Assembly (NCBI GenBank): GCA_034226945.1
Contig: CP120461.1
Location: 558,001-622,000 of the forward strand
Reading direction: 5' to 3'
DNA from: Picochlorum sp. SENEW3
Lineage: Eukaryota
Length of the DNA stretch: 64,000 bases
Made by a program: the position numbers and the translations under genes. Of this stretch, positions 1 to 10,598 are shown one piece after another; positions within the stretch are counted from its first letter, which is position 1; every line of letters begins with the position of its first letter. The notes beneath the pieces are model-generated. The model made no database searches. It saw only the letters and a list, made by a program, of their open reading frames with translations, and was not told where the DNA came from.

Positions 1-14
1 ACTCTTCTATCACC

Positions 15-761
15 ATGAAGGCTGTTATGATGGAACGCACTGTCTCCAAAGTGACTTGCGGAGTCACGTCGGTGTCTCACCGAGGTGTGCACCACCGAGT
101 TGCGAGGAGCTCGATGGGCATTGAGAATTCATTGATTAATGGGGTAAGACAGGGTAGAATGGTGTCTATGCAGGCAAAGAAGGCGCCAGAGTTGCCGCCA
201 GTTGTGAGCCCAACACAAGGAGAGGTGTGTCACGTTGAGATTTCTCATGTAATCTTCGGTATATGTGTAGCTCACACGCTGAATGTCATATATGTAGCCT
301 GAATGGTACGCTCTTGTGGCTAGAGCCGAGTTTTTCTTCAACGATGTGCAAAATGAGGCTTTGGCCGAACAGTTGAGAGAATTGAAGCGCTATTATGAAG
401 AGAATCGTCGTGAGCAGGACTTCTTCTTCGTATGTGAGCCAGAATGGTTGGACAAGTTCCCAGAAGCAAAGAGCGTCAAGAGACCAGCTGTAGCTTTGGT
501 TTCCACGGATAAAGAATGGATGGTGTACGTCGGTTAGACTTGTTTGTCATGTATGATGTTCTAGCTATTGATTGTCAATGCCTGCTTGTGCGCAGATTTA
601 TGAAACTTCGTCTTGAAAGGGTTCTGAAGTTGGATCTAGGCAACATGTCTATAGATGCTGCCACAAAGTCTACAGCCAAGGTTCCAGAATTTGAACCTCA
701 GGAATGGAATGCTCCATACACACCATACGCAAAGGGATGGTGGGAAGTCTTCATGAGATAA
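15..761 (+). CDS. YCF54: Ycf54 (MgPME cyclase accessory protein), plastid-targeted; exons 15-224, 298-524, 596-761
   Basis: Spliced product contains AEFFFNDVQNEALAEQLRE, DFFFVCEPEWLD, ALVSTDKEWMVFMKLRL and PYTPYAKGWWE; GT-AG introns keep the frame. Confidence 0.92.
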
Positions 762-788
762 TTCATTCATTAATTACATTGATTAATT

Positions 789-1774
789 TTACATGGTTTT
801 ATCAAGTGCAACAAACAATTTGTCACACCAGGTGGATATCCAAGCCTGGTCTAGAATGGTGAAGTTTCTCTGGGTTGCAGCTCCCAATACAACTACCCCA
901 TGTGGATGCAACGGTTGGACATGCAAACATTGTGTATTACTTGGCAGAAATTCTAAAAACTCGAATCTCCCTGGGAACAGCACTAGGTTTGCTAGAGATC
1001 GAGGCGAATTAGTGCTCTGGGATTCCTGACACAGCTTGCCAGGGACAGCTGTCCCTGGCTCAACACCAACAGCAGAATATCCTAGGTGGGCAACACACTT
1101 TCCTTTCCAAAAGATGACCAATATTTCTGCTTGGGTGGCTTCTCGAACCGCATCCCAAAACCTGAATACATTCACATCTATAATGAAACTTTCTCAAACA
1201 CAAATTTACAGACACATCGAAAGCACGCACCTGACTATCTCTTCTTTCGCTTGTTTAACACCGTCAGCGATATATGTCACATCTCTTCCATCTAGCGTAA
1301 CTGTTTGGGGCGTTTTGGGCTTTAAAGACAACCACTGAAGTCCAGTGAGGCCTAGAACAGCAGCAATACAAATGGTTGCAACATCAGCCCTTGACTGCGA
1401 GGAACTCGCCACCAACGCCGGGTTCGCCTGCATCAACAAGTCATCAGCTTGAATGCACTTTATCTGACTCATACACTCTAACATACCCCATCGATGAGCC
1501 TGTTACCGACCACAGTAAGCACTCCTACAGCTGAAGACACCAGGGGAAGAAGTCTTAACTTTTCTGCTTTTTCTTCCTGCACAGAACGACATTAAATCGT
1601 CGATCAACTCAGGTATTAAATAATTTTATGCCTTATTCGTACGTTCATAGCACACATTGGCCTCGTATACCCTGGTGCGAAGCGACATCTTTTGTGTCGA
1701 GTGGCCTCGCGACATGCCATTCCAAAGCCAAACGGTCCAACCGCCGGCACATTCACGATAGATAACCCATGCAT
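789..1774 (-). CDS. CCB4: Cofactor assembly of complex C subunit B, CCB4 (multi-exon)
   Basis: SQSRADV, GLTGLQWLSLKP, LFPGRFEF, TQRNFTILDQAWI motifs; transit-peptide-like first exon from ATG 1774. Confidence 0.85.
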
Positions 1775-1937
1775 TGTTATCTCATCTTACATTATAATAA
1801 AAATAAATCGCTACAATCGAGTAAACTGTGAGGTACACATCAACAGTGATACCAAAGGACACGTGCATATGCCATGAAATGATGAAAAAGTCATCAGCAA
1901 TAGTGGTTGGACTCAAATCACGAGAGCATTAGCATTT

Positions 1938-2561
1938 TCAACCCAAATTCATGCCAAAGTTGGTCATCTTCAACCCTGACTTTTCCAAGGCCTCTTGAAG
2001 GTTTGGAAACCTCTGATTCATCTCCGAGTTCGAGGGCGTTTTTGCAAATGACGGCATCTTTCCAGTGCTCAGAAACTCCTCAAGCTCTTGCACATCTTCC
2101 GGCGTGACCTTCAATCTGTTGTACGCACTTTTGATTTTCGAATCCTGCGGATCAATCTTGGAAGCAGTCTCATAGAATCGGAGGGCAGCCTCTCGATGGC
2201 CAAGTTTCTCCTCTGCTACCCCCTTCCTGTACTGCAACTTTGCATGCTGAACCCTTTTGAAATGGATCGTGTCATATCCCAACAACGTATCAGCCAATGC
2301 TGACGCTTCCTGATATTTCTCCAGATTCAGTAGACACAAAATCCCGTTAAGCTCACAAGGTATTTTCGCAATCATGCATTGTTGCATGAGCTCGGAACCT
2401 GAATCCAAACTATTACTAGTTACGATGGAATCAATCACAGCTGCAATATCCTTGTACTCGGAGAGCGCTTCGGAAAACTTGCTTGTACGGAACAGCCCGT
2501 TTGCCTTTTCCCTTCGAGTTCCGCACTCGTTCAATCGAGACTGGATGTCGTTCGCACTCAT
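1938..2561 (-). CDS. TPR-domain protein (FKBP/Cyp40-type three-TPR co-chaperone-like)
   Basis: REKANGLFRTSKFSEALSEY and AKLQYRKGVA...ASKIDPQD TPR signatures. Confidence 0.75.
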   Translation of the reverse strand: MSANDIQSRLNECGTRREKANGLFRTSKFSEALSEYKDIAAVIDSIVTSNSLDSGSELMQQCMIAKIPCELNGILCLLNLEKYQEASALADTLLGYDTIHFKRVQHAKLQYRKGVAEEKLGHREAALRFYETASKIDPQDSKIKSAYNRLKVTPEDVQELEEFLSTGKMPSFAKTPSNSEMNQRFPNLQEALEKSGLKMTNFGMNLG

Positions 2562-3072
2562 ATTATAGATAGAATATATATGTTGTCTTCTATTATCCTT
2601 TCGAACCCAAAGAGTATCGATAAAAACCTCTGCAAAGACCCGATCAGAGAGTCAACATGTGTTTCACTCTCTTCAAAGAACGTAATGACGACAGAGTAAA
2701 CGCACCCTTCTTTCTGGCAAATGACTTTGTTTCTTTTAGACAAGGGTTTTAAATGTACAACGCATTGCTGATATCACAAGGCTCTGGGTCAACATGAGCA
2801 ATCAAAGGCTCCGGGCACGAGAGGACGGTCGCGCCTTCCGGTACAGGCGCCTGTCAAAGCAATTTGACGACGGGATACCTTCCTCCATTGACAAATCAAA
2901 TTCGACTCTGTATAGATCGGAATATCTTGTTATACAAACAGGCAATTATTGTGGACTTTGTTGTTCGTGACAAGGGTGTGGTCGATGAACTGGAGACAAT
3001 CATTGTCATCAATTGAATTGCAGCACAGAGGTTGAAATTTGTGCCAAGGTTTGGCCATTGTTGTAATGGCTC

Positions 3073-4055
3073 ATGTCCACGATAAGAATGTTTTTCTGTA
3101 ATCAAGGAATCGTTCCATGGACACTCTTCATCCTGTTGTGCGTCCTGGTAGTGCTGACGTGTCTTCTGGCTCTGCAGCGCACTGTGATACCTCCCCTGGT
3201 AGGAGGAATTTCATTGAATGGGCCGGTCAAGGCCTTCGATGTTGCACATGCTGGGCGCAAGGATGATGATCAATTTTCCCAAGTGGACCGTCATGTCAGA
3301 AGCAGAAGGAGTGTTTGTTTGTTGTGAGTCCTGGTCTCTCAGGTTCAACAGCTTTGATGGATGCACTCAACCAGTTCCCAGGAGTATTCATCCTAGGGGA
3401 AAACGGTGCCATGATGGGTCATGTGTGGAATCTTTATACAACATACGACAGATTCTCAGCACATTATATGGATGACTCTGTAGAAGCGGAGATGGCCAAA
3501 TACGAACGATTTGTTCACAGGGGAGCAAAGCCTGCTTGGTACAACGAATTCAACCACGATAAGATCCGTTGTCTGCCGTATGATATCTTTCGGACTTTAT
3601 ATGGATATTCAGGTTTCCAAGAGTATATCGTGGGGTTCAAAGAGACAAGGTTTTGGGAGGTGGATAGGCTTTTGAAACCAAGGGAGCTTGGTGATTGGGC
3701 AGAATATCGGTGTGATAATCTCGATCCAGATAAATACGAGGACTTTGTCCGGAATTTGATGTTTCACGAATCTCTCTGTGAGAACACAAAATTCATATTC
3801 AATCATCGGAGAACTTATGATGACACCAAAGGAACTGGGTTTTATGTGGGGCCAGGACGAGGGAAGGTATTGAAAATGAGACTTGAATGGGCTGAGACTT
3901 TCGCCTCAGAGCATCCTAATAACAAAATGACAGTGTATTATGAGGACATGTTTGATCCTAGTATCAACGGTACAGTGATGTCGCAGATTGCAAGATTCTT
4001 GGGGCGTAAGATGCCTACAGGGATTACCTTTGCAAGGCTGCCAAAGGACAGGTAA
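3073..4055 (+). CDS. Membrane-anchored sulfotransferase-like P-loop protein; N-terminal exon joined by an inferred intron 3199-3299
   Basis: LFVVSPGLSGSTALMDALNQFPG (5'-PSB-like loop), IVGFKETR, VYYEDMF; hydrophobic signal anchor lies in an upstream frame. Confidence 0.6.
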
Positions 4056-4138
4056 ATTACGGGATTGTTGCACAGAGCTTCATGGGCTTGCCTTGGCCCA
4101 TCTGGATGCATAATTTTATATTATATGATTTGTAATGA

Positions 4139-4828
4139 ATGGGGCGGGCTATTTGCTCTCTTAGAGTTGTAAGCGTAGCCAAACAAGGCAACCTGAGCGT
4201 CAGGAAAGCCACCACGTCTTCCGAACTTCGAGCAGCATCGTACGTCAGAGCATACTCATTTGGGACATATCCTTCTGATAGAAGTGAATATGCTCGGAGG
4301 AGTCACATCCAATTGACTGCTGATGGAGCATGGGAGCAAATGGAGTCACAATTGGAGAAAGAAGGACTGGTCTTCTTTCCAATGATTGCTGTGAATGAGA
4401 CTTTCAATGATGCAGAGAACCTCATCGCTCAAGGGGTTCATGTAAACATTCCAACAGAATCTGGGATGGAGTATGTGCTAGGCACTTTGGATGTGACAGT
4501 AGGAGTGAAGTTGCCTGCAGAGGAACTGGTTGGTACACACCCGGAAGAATCAGTCATGGCTGCCCGAGAGAGAGCATATCTTAGCAATATCTGTGTCTTA
4601 TCGTCCGCAAGGAGGCAAGGGATTGCGCAATCGTTGATCGAGTCAGCCTGTTTGGAAGCATATGATTTAGGTGTTAGGCATATGTATGTCCATGTTGTGG
4701 ATGAGAACTCAGCAGCTATCAGGCTTTATGAAGACAAATGTGGTTTCAAGATTGAAAAAGCAGAGCATGCGGCTATGGCTAGGGCTTTGAATAGACCAAG
4801 GAGATTGATTCTCCACAAAATGTTGTAA
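4139..4828 (+). CDS. GNAT family N-acetyltransferase
   Basis: AYLSNICVLSSARRQGIAQSLI acetyl-CoA motif; NSAAIRLYEDKCGF. Confidence 0.9.
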   Translation: MGRAICSLRVVSVAKQGNLSVRKATTSSELRAASYVRAYSFGTYPSDRSEYARRSHIQLTADGAWEQMESQLEKEGLVFFPMIAVNETFNDAENLIAQGVHVNIPTESGMEYVLGTLDVTVGVKLPAEELVGTHPEESVMAARERAYLSNICVLSSARRQGIAQSLIESACLEAYDLGVRHMYVHVVDENSAAIRLYEDKCGFKIEKAEHAAMARALNRPRRLILHKML

Positions 4829-4838
4829 AAAAAATGTT

Positions 4839-5922
4839 TCATGTAAATGACAGTTTGATAATTTCCCTTCTATTCGACTTTCCATCATCAATCACCAAGA
4901 CAGTCTCGTGTTTCATGCAACCATCATGATCAACAAGAGATTTGAATGCTGCTACGCCACCGCCGACACCAAAATAAAATGACTTGGCAGAAAGGAAACA
5001 TACGCCATCTGGTTTCCGAAGGCACTGCAGCACAGAATATCCACGAGCCTATGAAATCCCTCATTATATATATATATATATATTAATCTTCAGGTTAAAA
5101 GTATTTCATACCTTCTGAATACATTGCAGCAGGCGACTAGTACTGTCTATGTTATATATTGTCTCACTGGTCAACACAATGTCATATGATCCACTCAGCC
5201 CCAGGCCCTCCAACACATCTGTGTCCAATGTGCCCCAGTCTCCAGAAAAAAATCGAGTCTTACATCTCTCAGAAGCTAACGACTTCATATTCTCCCGGAC
5301 GACAGGAATCGTTAGAGTTTCGATAACCTCTGCATCATAGTCTTGAAAATGTACCTCTGCTGCTCCCAGTGCCATTGCGGTGACTCCAGGCAGTCCTTGT
5401 CCAGACCCTAATTCAATTATTCTCTTATCTATTATACTTTCCGATCCTAGAGATGCAATATACCGACTGAGGTCAATGCTACATTCCCATATTTTATACC
5501 CCCCTTCATACTCTCCTGGAATAATATCTGAAGGCATGGATAAATCTCTCGAAACATGTCCGTCATCAGCCCGAATCACTCCCTGTGTAAACCAAACAAC
5601 CGAAAATCACTCTACTATGTATGCACGCATTCGCTTTCTTGCCATCTGCATGAAACCCACCTTGAAGACAGTCACCTGGTCTGACACAGCAAATGGCTCA
5701 ACTGCTCGCAGCACCTCTGATCTCTCCACTCCCTAAGGCGCACCGTATCAAATAAATATCTTAATTTTGATGCAATGGTTTAGAAATCATAAATTCACGT
5801 ACATGGGTACCAGCACTGAGGGAAACCTCTAGACTTGGACGACACTGCGGACTGCACTCTTCTTTCACATTCTCAATATCCTCGGTCTTCTCATTGTCAT
5901 TAATAAAGTCGAATTTGAACAT
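4839..5922 (-). CDS. METTL18: Histidine protein methyltransferase 1 homolog (METTL18/Hpm1), multi-exon
   Basis: MFKFDF start, PGEYEGGYKIWECSIDL, ELGSGQGLPG, LTSETIY, AKSFYFGVGGG. Confidence 0.9.
5065..5082. repeat. (TA)9 microsatellite in a METTL18 intron
   Basis: tatatatatatatatata read directly. Confidence 0.9.
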
Positions 5923-6084
5923 TGTATATCCATTGTAAATGCATGCAAGCCTGTAGATCGACGCAGTCATAACACTGCATTGAATGCTCCAGTTGCAACA
6001 GATCCAATGACCCCGGATTTTTTCAAACGACTGTCGGTACAATGGGACAGGCTGCTGGCTTCCACGTATCATATTTAATTACAG

Positions 6085-7365
6085 ATGAGCTCTGAGACTT
6101 TAAAATTTGTCCTGGGAGATGGGCAGTTGAAAGCTTTTCGGACCTGTCTGACAGGTCTCTATAAAATAGGTTCAAACCTCATGATCACAGGGAATCGCTC
6201 ACAGGTTCGCATACTTTTCGTATCATTTTATCTTCACGATTTTAGTAACAAATTTCATGCCTGTAGATCCGCTTCTCTGCGTGCAATGGGAACCGTTCAG
6301 CTTTCATGTCAACTGCTCTAGACAGAGGTTTTTTCACATCCTACGAATACAGCGATGATACTGGAGAATTACAGGCAGTACTGAGTTTTAGGGTATGTAT
6401 TTGTACCACGTCTGCGTCCGTCTCTGCGTGATTGACGTGAATGTCTGTGACGCAGAATGTATTGCCAATCATCAGGACATCCAGGGTTCGTATAGCTTCA
6501 TTTTCTCTCATACCGACAGCGAATCTTTTGATCGCGTCACTCGAATGTGATACTGGTACGTACAGTCGTGTATATTTTAATCCCAGGTCATTTGTTGACA
6601 CATCTACATTGGATGCAATGTATGCAGGCATGATGAAGGAGTATAGGGTACCATTTACTGAGGAACAGAACTTTTCATCTCGCGTGCCGCGCGATATGCC
6701 TCATGTAAAGTTCACATCAGATTCAGGATCATTATCGAAGGTTTTGTCGACGTTTCACTCGGGGGTGGATGTCATTGCAATCAAATGTGATTCCTCTCAA
6801 TCAGTGCATGATGCTGTAATTGAGTTCCGAACATACATGATGCAAGATGGTGGGTACTTTAATAGTTTCTGTACACTGTTTGAATGCGTGGTGATACTTT
6901 ATTTACTCCTGCTTGCTTGGCTATGCAGAGGTGGCACATAATTCTCTTCACACGTCGCTAGAATTCAGGAGCAACATTGCCTTTAGATCATTCTCGAATA
7001 CATTGGGAATCCCAATAGAAGTGGCTTACAATTTGAAAGACTTCTCTAGTATTGTTTCGACTGCTGAGAATTTAGGTGCACCGCTTACAATCATATGTGC
7101 TGCACCAGGGGATCCACTACTTGCACTCTGCACCTTGTCACAAGATGTAGAAATTGAGCTTATTCTGTCAACATTGCCCGGAGAGGCAGCATCACAAAAT
7201 TTAAGACAATCAGAAATTCGAGAGATGAGCGTATTTCAGGCGAATGAAGACGGAAATCCATTTGATATGGCTACAGGTGTAGGTGAAGAATTTGTGACTT
7301 CTCCGCAGGAAAGCCCTTTCTACTCCCAAGATGGTGGCCCAACGTTGCCAGGATATATAGCCTAA
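6085..7365 (+). CDS. RAD9: Checkpoint clamp subunit RAD9 (9-1-1), about 5 exons
   Basis: LKAFRTCLTGLYKIGSNL, NRSAFMSTALDRGFFTSY, AYNLKDFSSI, APGDPL, ELILSTL; acidic tail. Confidence 0.8.
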
Positions 7366-7686
7366 ATGATATAAGACATGATATGTAACTCGTTACCAGC
7401 AAATCTGCATGCCCAAAATTTCGAATCAGGTGGGAGCAGACCATGCACCCACATTCACCTGGTTGTGTCGAAATCTCATTGGACGCCAGAATCATCGCAT
7501 GGTCGCATGTCCGTTGAAAGGGCGTCTTTGAAAGGAGATGGTCGACATGGTACTCGTGCGACAGGATTTCCTTGGGTCCATTTCCCGTTACAGACGCGAA
7601 ATTTGGTCGACAATAGTATACAATTTCACTCAGTCTGTAAGGATTACTGTGCTGCGAACGCTTGTCTATGCATTGCAAACAGTAGG

Positions 7687-8328
7687 ATGCTCTTTTTCAG
7701 TTGCTGCAAGCCTGTTTCAGCACCAGCCGATCGTTCCTCGTCCGATTTGGAAGTGGATACGAGGAAACTAGACGCTGGATTGTCCAGAAGTACAAAAGAA
7801 CTGAGAATTCTACAACAAGCACCTGTTCCAATCACAGCAGATGGGAAAGGGAAACCACAGCACTCTCCGCGTAGTCTGTTTGAAGCTAGCGCATATCGCA
7901 TAGCGTTCCATGAGGAAAAGGCCCGCCAAGAACTGAACAAGCCAGAAGAAGACCATCATGGACTGCCTCAGAAGTTTTTGGAAGCGTATGTGAATGCTCT
8001 CAAGGATGGAAACACAGCTTGGGCCAGCAACCCAGAGGTGGCTGACCTCTTCTCTGATGATGTCAAAATGACAGGACAGGATAAAAAGACAACAGAAGGA
8101 AAGCCCCAGGTTATTAGACGATTGAATAAAGGAATTGAAATGCTTGTTCAGATGGCAGGAAAAGATGCCGCAGTGCCAACATGGGAAATTGAAGGTCCCA
8201 ATCTGACCGACAAATTTTCTCATGAATACAAATGTACTATTCGTAGGGGAGCTATGAGGGTTTCATTCAGGCTCGAATTTACAATAATTCGGGGCAAGAT
8301 TGCAGAGTTCAGCAATACCAGAACGTGA
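7687..8328 (+). CDS. Hypothetical protein; N-terminal di-Cys and possible C-terminal NTF2/SnoaL-like fold
   Basis: MLFFSCCK start; VADLFSDDVKMTGQD...EGKPQV pattern; TGTAA follows the stop. Confidence 0.6.
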   Translation: MLFFSCCKPVSAPADRSSSDLEVDTRKLDAGLSRSTKELRILQQAPVPITADGKGKPQHSPRSLFEASAYRIAFHEEKARQELNKPEEDHHGLPQKFLEAYVNALKDGNTAWASNPEVADLFSDDVKMTGQDKKTTEGKPQVIRRLNKGIEMLVQMAGKDAAVPTWEIEGPNLTDKFSHEYKCTIRRGAMRVSFRLEFTIIRGKIAEFSNTRT

Positions 8329-8458
8329 TTTTCAATAGAGTACAATTCATATGTAAAAAGCAGCCAGGGTATACCTGTTACAACAACGAAAGAACACGCA
8401 AATTTACGTGCCGACAAATACAAATGGCTTTGAAAACTCCGGAGTGAATTCAATGGAT

Positions 8459-9001
8459 CTAGGACGCGTGCATCTTGACAGCCAGTGCCCGATACTCCTC
8501 TTCATTTCCCATCTCCCACAGCTTTGCAGCATATGAATTCAATGGAGAGTCTACATTCGCGTCCCCTAAAAGACTTTGTATCGATTGCAAGATACTCTTC
8601 ACACTATAGGCCGCAGACCATTTCTCCTTTAATATATCGAGGCAAATGTTGCCCTCGGTATCTACGTTGGGGTGAAAGCACCCAGTGACGAACTTGACCA
8701 CGGGAGCTTTGAACGGATACTCTTCTGTGAATTTTAAACTCAACTTGAATGTTAAACCTTCAAAAACTGTATCGGCGGGTCCTTTAATGGTCCCAATCCA
8801 ATTAAATAAAGAGTCACCGTTGGGGAAAGCTGACACCTGCCCATCGTCATTCTGCATCATGCTCATAAGCTCCTGTTGTAACCGTTTCGTCACAGAACCA
8901 GATGTATTCTCACTTTTCGAAACTGGCATACTGTCTCCTTTCCTTGCTCCAGCGCGCGAGGGTGTCCCATCCGACATCTGATGAGGTGACCCGTGAATCA
9001 T
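8459..9001 (-). CDS. UBE2C: Ubiquitin-conjugating enzyme E2 C (UBC19/20, UbcH10 type)
   Basis: SVTKRLQQELMSMM, HPNVDTEGNICLDILKEKWSAAY. Confidence 0.92.
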   Translation of the reverse strand: MIHGSPHQMSDGTPSRAGARKGDSMPVSKSENTSGSVTKRLQQELMSMMQNDDGQVSAFPNGDSLFNWIGTIKGPADTVFEGLTFKLSLKFTEEYPFKAPVVKFVTGCFHPNVDTEGNICLDILKEKWSAAYSVKSILQSIQSLLGDANVDSPLNSYAAKLWEMGNEEEYRALAVKMHAS

Positions 9002-9351
9002 AACTTGTCAACTGCAAAACAGTCTCAATATATCCTTGAGTAGCCTAAAATAAAATAATATCTATATATTTAGCAATTGAAACAGATATAGATACGAATG
9101 AGCCACAATGCCCAATAGGACCGACAATGCCATAACCGACTCTCGACGAGGCGCCCTCGAGGGTCATGGCGCCAGGCTCCCACGAGAATCTGCCCATGTC
9201 TTGGAGAAACCCAGAATGATTACAGATCTCATCCATGCTAGGATGAGATTATGTTGTTCATATGGGGTGATACGAGACGGATCGAGCTATCAGTAGGCTT
9301 GTACTAGATGAGACTGCTGTGGTGTTCAGTCTGCAACGCACAGACAAGGCC

Positions 9352-10368
9352 ATGGCACCACGACTGAAGTCTGCGATTGACGTCTTATCACTGGCGTCAA
9401 AGATATCACAAGGGAATCGGTGGGCCTTGAGCAAGGGCCTGACTCTGGCAGAGTCACAGAATAGAGAGCAACAGCAGTTGTTTGTCAAACTGATTGGCGA
9501 ATTGGCGGGCAAGCAGACAATTTTAGAGAATGGATGTTTTAGAATTGGCGTATCGGGTCCTCCTGGGGCTGGTAAAAGTACGCTACTGGACAGTCTTGGT
9601 CTGAAGATGATTGAAAAGGGCCACAAGGTGGCGGTGCTGTGTGTAGATCCATCATCACTCGCCTCTGGAGGTAGTATTCTGGGCGACAAGACTCGGATGA
9701 GCAAACTAAGTAGCAATAAAAATGCGTATATCAGACCTTCTGCTTCTGGGAAAACGTTAGGAGGAGTAAATAGGGCAATGCACAACTCTATATTGCTCTG
9801 CTCTGCAGCAGGGTTTGACCGTGTCATCATCGAGACAGTTGGTGTGGGTCAATCTGAGCTTTCTGTCATGAATATGGTTGATTGTATGGTGCTCATATTG
9901 CCCCCTGTTGGTGGGGATGAGTTGCAGATGATAAAGAGAGGTATAACAGAGTTTGCTGATATTATTGCTGTGAACAAGGCAGATGGGAGCACCAAGACGG
10001 CTGCATTGAGAATGGCGAGTTCAGTGTCCAGCACGCTGCATTTACTTTCTCGATCTAGGTCTGTGGAATGGTCTCCAAGAGTTCTGGTATGCAGTGGGCG
10101 TACGTCAGATGGGGTGGAGGAACTTGAGCAAACGTTGGATGAATACTTGGCAGCCATCTCCAAACAGGATGGTATCCATAATGAACGAGTCCGCCATCTA
10201 TCCAATCTGCTATTAGAAACAGCAGATGGGAATCTCATTGATTCGTTTCATTCAGATCCCATGGTCCAGAATCAGATCAAGAATACGTATCTACCAAGGT
10301 TACTATCTGGGACACAGAGTGTCTCTGAAGCAGCAATAGAACTGATAGAGGCATATAAAAAAGCATAG
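9352..10368 (+). CDS. MMAA: MMAA/MeaB G3E GTPase (methylmalonyl-CoA mutase chaperone)
   Basis: GVSGPPGAGKST, VDPSS..SGGSILGDKTRM, IETVGVGQSE, GGDELQMIKRG, NKAD; start codon uncertain. Confidence 0.92.
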   Translation: MAPRLKSAIDVLSLASKISQGNRWALSKGLTLAESQNREQQQLFVKLIGELAGKQTILENGCFRIGVSGPPGAGKSTLLDSLGLKMIEKGHKVAVLCVDPSSLASGGSILGDKTRMSKLSSNKNAYIRPSASGKTLGGVNRAMHNSILLCSAAGFDRVIIETVGVGQSELSVMNMVDCMVLILPPVGGDELQMIKRGITEFADIIAVNKADGSTKTAALRMASSVSSTLHLLSRSRSVEWSPRVLVCSGRTSDGVEELEQTLDEYLAAISKQDGIHNERVRHLSNLLLETADGNLIDSFHSDPMVQNQIKNTYLPRLLSGTQSVSEAAIELIEAYKKA

Positions 10369-10598
10369 ATGATTCCCATATAGCGCAGTAATTGAAGTGT
10401 ATCACAGCTTCTCTATGTGGAATCTGCTGTCGAACGACAGCATCGTCATTATAATAAATTAGTGTGAGCATTGCCCAGACACAATATTGTGTGTGGATTA
10501 ATCCTCGCATACAATGAGGCGCCCCAGGTGCAGGGTATTCTAGAGACTCGGCACATTGTCCCAGTCATTGAATTAAATATTATACTATTATTGAAACA

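Noticed and set aside
2590..2890. Possible small spliced ORF upstream of the TPR gene (LKPLSKRNKVICQKEG|GFYRYSLGSKG)
   Set aside because: No convincing start exon; the intron-like segment may simply be in the 5'UTR
7378..7686. In-frame N-terminal extension of the 7687 gene
   Set aside because: Overlaps the RAD9 poly(A) signal region and has a non-protein-like composition
9262..9351. In-frame ATG-GGG-TGA upstream of MMAA suggesting Sec or readthrough
   Set aside because: No redox context or SECIS seen; the ATG at 9352 gives a complete domain
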